59,753 bases of DNA from Acidimicrobiales bacterium (GTDB lineage Bacteria; Actinomycetota; Acidimicrobiia; Acidimicrobiales; CADCSY01): NCBI GenBank assembly GCA_025463335.1, contig JAOBWJ010000110.1, positions 1 through 59,753 of the forward strand. Reading direction: 5' to 3'. Position numbers and translations under genes: made by a program. Position 1 is the stretch's first letter; each line of letters starts with the position of its first letter. This document shows, one piece after another, positions 55,716 to 59,753 of this stretch. The notes beneath the pieces were generated by a model, which saw nothing but the letters and a program-made list of their open reading frames with translations, ran no database searches and was not told the origin of the DNA.

Positions 55716-56465
55716 TCAGCCGCCGTCGAGGAGGATGAGCTCCCCGGTGAGGTACGACGACGCGTCGCTGGCGAGGTACAGGGCGGTCCCCACGATCTCG
55801 TCTGGGGCGGCGATCCGACCCAACGCCACGTTCGAAGCCATGCGCGCCTGCAGCTCCTCCGACGGGAGCGACGCGTGGAGGCTGTCGGTGTGGAAGGTGC
55901 CGCACTCGATGGCGTTGACGCGAATCCCCCGCGGGCCGAGCTCGTCGGCGGTCGCCTTGGTGAGCGCGTTCAGCCCGGCCTTGGCGGCGGCGTAGACGAG
56001 TGTCAACGACGTGGGGTGCAACGACGCCTTCGAGCTGATGTTGATGACCGAACCGCCCGGCGCCATGTGTTCGGCGGCCAGCGCCGTCAGCCGCAGCGGG
56101 CCTTTGAGGTTCACGGCGATCGTCTTGTCGAACAGCGCCTCGCTCACGTCGAGCACCGAGGGAGCCACGGGCGCGATGCCGGCGTTGTTCACGAGCACGT
56201 CGATCCGACCAAACGCGGCAACGGTCGCGTCGATCAGCGCCGCGCATTGGTCCCAGTCACCGACGTGACAGCTCACCGCCAGGGCCCGCCGGCCCATGTC
56301 GCGGATCTCGGCGGCCACCTCCTCGCATGGCTCGAGCTTGCGGCTGGCGACGACGACGTCGGCACCCGCCTCCGCGAACCCGAGGGCCATGGCCCGGCCA
56401 AGGCCCTTGCTGCCACCGGTGACGACCACGACCTTGCCGGTCGCGTCCAGGGTGGGGATCGTCAT
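55716..56465 (-). CDS. SDR family oxidoreductase
   Basis: 249 aa. GKVVVVTGGSKGLG, NNAG, VYAAAKAG. ATG overlaps the TetR stop. Confidence 0.9.
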   Translation of the reverse strand: MTIPTLDATGKVVVVTGGSKGLGRAMALGFAEAGADVVVASRKLEPCEEVAAEIRDMGRRALAVSCHVGDWDQCAALIDATVAAFGRIDVLVNNAGIAPVAPSVLDVSEALFDKTIAVNLKGPLRLTALAAEHMAPGGSVINISSKASLHPTSLTLVYAAAKAGLNALTKATADELGPRGIRVNAIECGTFHTDSLHASLPSEELQARMASNVALGRIAAPDEIVGTALYLASDASSYLTGELILLDGG

Positions 56466-57100
56466 CGCCGTTTGGCCTTTCGGTTGGTCGCCCGCGCGCT
56501 GGTGCGTTCGGCTGCTGCGTCACGGGCGATGCCCTCGATGACGTAGCGGATGTGGAGGTCGAACAGCGTGTCGGCCTCGGCGGCGTCGATCCCACCGGGG
56601 TCGCCGCCGGGTCGGGCTCGACGCCGGCCCCCCGGTGGCGGTTGCGCGCCGGTCTCCACCGCGCCGAACCCCACGGTGGCCCACGTGAGCAGACGGCAGG
56701 CCTGCACGGCCGCATCGGAAGCGAATCCGTCGCCGCGCATGGCGGCGACCAGGGGTCGCGACGCCTCGACGTAGGCGTCGCGTCCGGACCAGACGATGAG
56801 CCGGCTGTCGCGTGCCCGGCGCAGACGGATCCGGAGCTCTCGGGCCCAGCGCTGGGCGTACTGGTCCCACGGCTCACCTTCGTTGCTCGGCGGCGCCAGG
56901 TCGGCGAGCAGCCGATCGGCGATGGCGTCGACGAGCGCCTCTTTGTTGCCGACCCGGCTGTAGAGCGGGACAGGTGAGACACCGAGACGCGAGGACACGC
57001 TCCGCATGCTCACGGCATCGAGGCCGGATTCCTGGAAGATCTCGACGGCGGCGGTGATGATCTCCTCGGCGTCGAGGTCGAAGTCGGGTGCCTTGGTCAT
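56462..57100 (-). CDS. TetR family transcriptional regulator
   Basis: 212 aa. N-terminal HTH GLDAVSMRSVSSRLGVSPVPLYSRVGNKEAL. Confidence 0.85.
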   Translation of the reverse strand: MTKAPDFDLDAEEIITAAVEIFQESGLDAVSMRSVSSRLGVSPVPLYSRVGNKEALVDAIADRLLADLAPPSNEGEPWDQYAQRWARELRIRLRRARDSRLIVWSGRDAYVEASRPLVAAMRGDGFASDAAVQACRLLTWATVGFGAVETGAQPPPGGRRRARPGGDPGGIDAAEADTLFDLHIRYVIEGIARDAAAERTSARATNRKAKRR

Positions 57101-57104
57101 GCGG

Positions 57105-58094
57105 TCACGGCACCATCACGAGCTTGCCGACCACGCCGCGGTCGGCCATCCGTTGGAGCGCCTTCGGCAGCTCGGCGAACGGGACCTCGGCCGTCACCGC
57201 GTTGCGCAACCGGCCGTCGCGGACGAGGGCGGCGAGGTTGGCGTGGATGTCGTCGAGCTCCTCACGGCTGTAGCCGCCGGCGAACACACCGACGACGGAG
57301 GTGTTGGTGACGACGAGGTTGTGGGTGGCCAGCTTCGGCCACGTGCCGCTGGCGAACCCGACCGCGAGCAGGCGCCCGTGACGAGCCAGCCCGCCGGCCG
57401 CGTCCTCGGCGAGGGAGCCGCCGACCGGGTCGTAGACCAGGTCGACGCCTCGCCCACCGGTGATCTCCCGCAGGGCCGGGGCGAGCGGGCCGTCGCGGTG
57501 GTTGACCGTCGCCTCGGCGCCGAGCGAGCGGCAGAACGCGGCCCGCTCCTCGTCGCTCACGACCGCGATGACCCGGGCGCCGAGGGCCCGCCCGAGCTGC
57601 ACGGCGGCGATGCCGCTGCCGCCGGCCGCCCCCAGCACCGCCAACCAGTCGCCCGGGGCGATCCGCCCGCGATCGACGAGCCCGATCCACCCGGTGAGGT
57701 GCGGGATCCAGAACCCCGCGGCCTCGGCGTCGGTGAGGCCGTCGGGGACGGCGAAGGCGGAGTCGGCCAGCACCAGGCATTCCTCGGCGAAGGAACCGCT
57801 CCCCTCGGTGAAGGCGGTCACGCACATGATCCGGGCGCCGATCGGCAGCTCCACCCCCTCGCCGACGGCGGTGACCGTGCCGGTGGCCTCCTGGCCGGAG
57901 GTGAACGGCAACGGCGGCGTGAGCGGATAGGTGCCTCGGCACATGAACACGTCGGGCAACCCGATCCCGGCGGCCGTCACCCGGATGCGGGCCTGACCCG
58001 GGCCCGGCTGCGGGAGATCGACCTCCACCTCATGCAGCACCTCGGCGGGCTCGCCGGCGCCGCCCACCTGCCAGGCCCGCATCCGTCCTGTCAT
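57105..58094 (-). CDS. NADPH:quinone oxidoreductase / zinc-type alcohol dehydrogenase family (MDR)
   Basis: ORF 57105..58526 trimmed to ATG 58094 (MTGRMRAWQV...). AVLGAAGGSGIAAVQLG nucleotide fold. Confidence 0.9.
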   Translation of the reverse strand: MTGRMRAWQVGGAGEPAEVLHEVEVDLPQPGPGQARIRVTAAGIGLPDVFMCRGTYPLTPPLPFTSGQEATGTVTAVGEGVELPIGARIMCVTAFTEGSGSFAEECLVLADSAFAVPDGLTDAEAAGFWIPHLTGWIGLVDRGRIAPGDWLAVLGAAGGSGIAAVQLGRALGARVIAVVSDEERAAFCRSLGAEATVNHRDGPLAPALREITGGRGVDLVYDPVGGSLAEDAAGGLARHGRLLAVGFASGTWPKLATHNLVVTNTSVVGVFAGGYSREELDDIHANLAALVRDGRLRNAVTAEVPFAELPKALQRMADRGVVGKLVMVP

Positions 58095-59110
58095 GTCGCA
58101 TCTCCTCGGTCGATGAGGGTGGTGGCGCTGGCGAGCAGCAGGTCGGCCTGGGCGCCGAAGTGCTCGTGGATGGGCTTGTTCGACAGGCCCCGGAGGAACT
58201 TGGCGTAGCTGCCCTCGAGGACCACGGCCAGCTTCCAGCGGGAGAACACGTCGTACCAGCCGATCGACGTCGTGTCCCGGCCCGAGCGGGAGGTGTAGCG
58301 CTCGACGAGGCTCTCCCGATCGGGGAGGTGGGCCACGTCGAACCTCGGCTCCTTCGCCATGCCGAGGCGCATGGTGCCTTCGGGCCCGGGGTGGAAGATG
58401 AGCGCCCATGCCAGATCGACCAGCGGATCGCCGATCGCGGCCATCTCCCAGTCGACGACGGCGAGCAGCTGCGGTGGCGCCACGGGCGCAAACAGCACGT
58501 TGTCGAGCTTGTAGTCGCCATGGCACAGCGCGCTGGGCTGGTCGGCCGGACGGTGGGTCTCGAGCCAGTCGGCGATCCTGTGGGCGGTGGGAAGCTCACG
58601 TCCCTCATAGGACTCGAGCTGGGTGAGCCACCGGGTGCGCTGCCGCGAGAGGTAGTCGCCGCCGTGGGCCAGGTCGCCGAGCCCACAGGCCTGCCAATCG
58701 ACGGCGTGGACGGCGACGAGGGCGTCGATCAGCTCCTCGAGCGCCCTGCCGTGCGTCTCCGGCGCGCCGGCCCAGGCCTCGGGCACGGCCTGCAGGATGG
58801 GCCGTCCCTCGATGCGCTCCATCACGTAGAACGGCGCTTCGAAGACGTCGGGATCGTCGCACGCCACCACCGGTCGGGCGATGGCGACGGGCTCGTCCTT
58901 GATGGCATCGAGGATGCGGAACTCGCGCAGCACGTCATGGGCGGTGGCCGAGCTGGCGTGGCGCGGCGCCCGCCGCAGCACCCATCGAGCGGCGCCCCGG
59001 TCCACGGCGAAGACCTCGCACGAGCCGCCCCCGACCATGGGGGTCACCTGGATCGGGACGCGGTCGCCGAGCGCGTCGTCGAGGTACTGCTGCAGGCGCG
59101 CCTCGGTCAT
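58091..59110 (-). CDS. Phosphotransferase (APH/choline-kinase-like) family protein
   Basis: 339 aa. Brenner-type catalytic motif LCHGDYKLDNVLF and Mg-binding VVDWE. Overlaps the downstream gene start by 4 nt. Confidence 0.85.
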   Translation of the reverse strand: MTEARLQQYLDDALGDRVPIQVTPMVGGGSCEVFAVDRGAARWVLRRAPRHASSATAHDVLREFRILDAIKDEPVAIARPVVACDDPDVFEAPFYVMERIEGRPILQAVPEAWAGAPETHGRALEELIDALVAVHAVDWQACGLGDLAHGGDYLSRQRTRWLTQLESYEGRELPTAHRIADWLETHRPADQPSALCHGDYKLDNVLFAPVAPPQLLAVVDWEMAAIGDPLVDLAWALIFHPGPEGTMRLGMAKEPRFDVAHLPDRESLVERYTSRSGRDTTSIGWYDVFSRWKLAVVLEGSYAKFLRGLSNKPIHEHFGAQADLLLASATTLIDRGDAT

Positions 59111-59141
59111 CGGTCGACACCCACGCCGATCGGGTCGCCGC

Positions 59142-59753
59142 TCACGTCACGCCTGCGAGGGTGCGCAGCTCGGCCCACTTCGCCTCGGCCGCGGGACGAC
59201 GGCTGGGCAGGTGCTCGGTCGGCCATCCCTCCACCGGCGAGTAGCCCTTCAGCAGGGTGCGGGCCAGGACCGACTTGTGGAGCTCGTCGGGGCCGTCGCC
59301 GATCGGGCCGAACCGCGTCGACCGGTACCACCCCTCGACGGGAAGGTCGCTCGAGTAGCCGAGGGCGCCGCACACCTGGATCGTCCGATCGAGCACGGCG
59401 AGGACCACCTTGGAGACGTGGGCCTTGACCATCCCGAGGTCGGCGCGGACGGCCGCCGCGCCGTGCTTGTCCATCTTCCACGCCGTCTGGAAGGTCAGCA
59501 GCCGGGCCGACTGGATCTCCATGTGCGACAGGGCGACGTAGTCCTGGATCATCTGGTGCTGGGCGAGGAGCTGGCCGTGGGAGCGGCGCGAGACGGCCCG
59601 CTCGCACATGATGTCGAGGGCCCGCTGGGCCTGTCCCAGCCAGCGCATGGCGTGGTGGATGCGCCCGCCACCGAGCCGCTGCTGGGCCAGGACGAACCCG
59701 CCCCCGGGCTCCCCGATGTGGTGGTCGGCCGGCACCCGGCAGTTGCGGAACAG
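59142..59753 (-). CDS. Acyl-CoA dehydrogenase family protein, C-terminal part (5' end off window)
   Basis: Open to the window edge. QRLGGGRIHHAMRWLG...QVCGALGYS...RFGPIGDGPDELHK are ACAD C-terminal-domain signatures, with a C-terminal tail as in ACAD10/11-like FadE proteins. Confidence 0.85.
   Translation of the reverse strand: MFRNCRVPADHHIGEPGGGFVLAQQRLGGGRIHHAMRWLGQAQRALDIMCERAVSRRSHGQLLAQHQMIQDYVALSHMEIQSARLLTFQTAWKMDKHGAAAVRADLGMVKAHVSKVVLAVLDRTIQVCGALGYSSDLPVEGWYRSTRFGPIGDGPDELHKSVLARTLLKGYSPVEGWPTEHLPSRRPAAEAKWAELRTLAGVT

Noticed and set aside
1-59753. tRNA, rRNA, CRISPR arrays, transposases, integrases or phage genes
   Set aside because: No T-loop-like GGTTCGA(A/T)TCC motif occurs in any intergenic region, and no rRNA-like stretch is present. 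The only tandem repeat is a 2-unit, 15-nt-period duplication inside cydB. No ORF shows DDE, tyrosine or serine recombinase motifs.

Overview
High-GC, very gene-dense chromosomal segment of actinobacterial character. It holds about 60 protein genes, many with 1-4 nt start/stop overlaps. I saw no rRNA, tRNA, CRISPR array, transposase or integrase. All family names come from motifs read in the translations and from memory, not from searches.

Content by block:
- 1-23.9 kb: a large CoA-thioester (lipid/steroid-type) catabolic region. It has 2 acyl-CoA synthetases, a family III CoA-transferase, an acyl-CoA dehydrogenase, 4 SDRs, 3 enoyl-CoA hydratases, a thioesterase, EthD, an amidohydrolase, a sulfotransferase and DUF1214. 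A KstR-like TetR repressor sits next to a near-canonical KstR box.
- 23.9-28.1 kb: nhaA plus a ferric-reductase-like / FMN-binding / ApbE flavinylation trio.
- 28.3-38.5 kb: a respiratory island. It contains a YaaH-like channel, a selenocysteine (in-frame UGA plus SECIS-like hairpin) FdnG-type formate dehydrogenase with FdnH and an NrfD-type anchor, a convergent overlapping cytochrome bd cydAB, and a tandem USP.
- 38.5-41.5 kb: a translationally coupled htrA-like / ftsH pair.
- 41.5-47.9 kb: a LacI-family regulator flanked by two copies of the palindrome TCATACGTATGA, each on the start codon of a transcription unit. One unit is a 5-FCL-like gene plus an NMT1-type ABC importer with a fused double permease. 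The other is a TauD/TfdA-like dioxygenase.
- 47.9-55.1 kb: membrane and metal-flavoured genes (tandem cupredoxin-like lipoprotein, MFS, CDF, SRPBCC fusion, DUF6544-like, TerC plus a small lipoprotein).
- 55.7-59.8 kb: an ACAD / APH-like kinase / quinone oxidoreductase / TetR / SDR operon resembling the lva / ACAD10-11 4-hydroxyacyl-CoA logic.

Non-coding observations:
- A roughly 200-nt multi-helix element in a convergent intergenic gap.
- A two-copy palindromic hairpin repeat family with a compensatory substitution.
- Several palindromic operator candidates.

I found no clear-cut novel defence or mobile system. The most interesting unexplained module is the LacI-controlled importer/dioxygenase cassette, followed by the respiratory island details.
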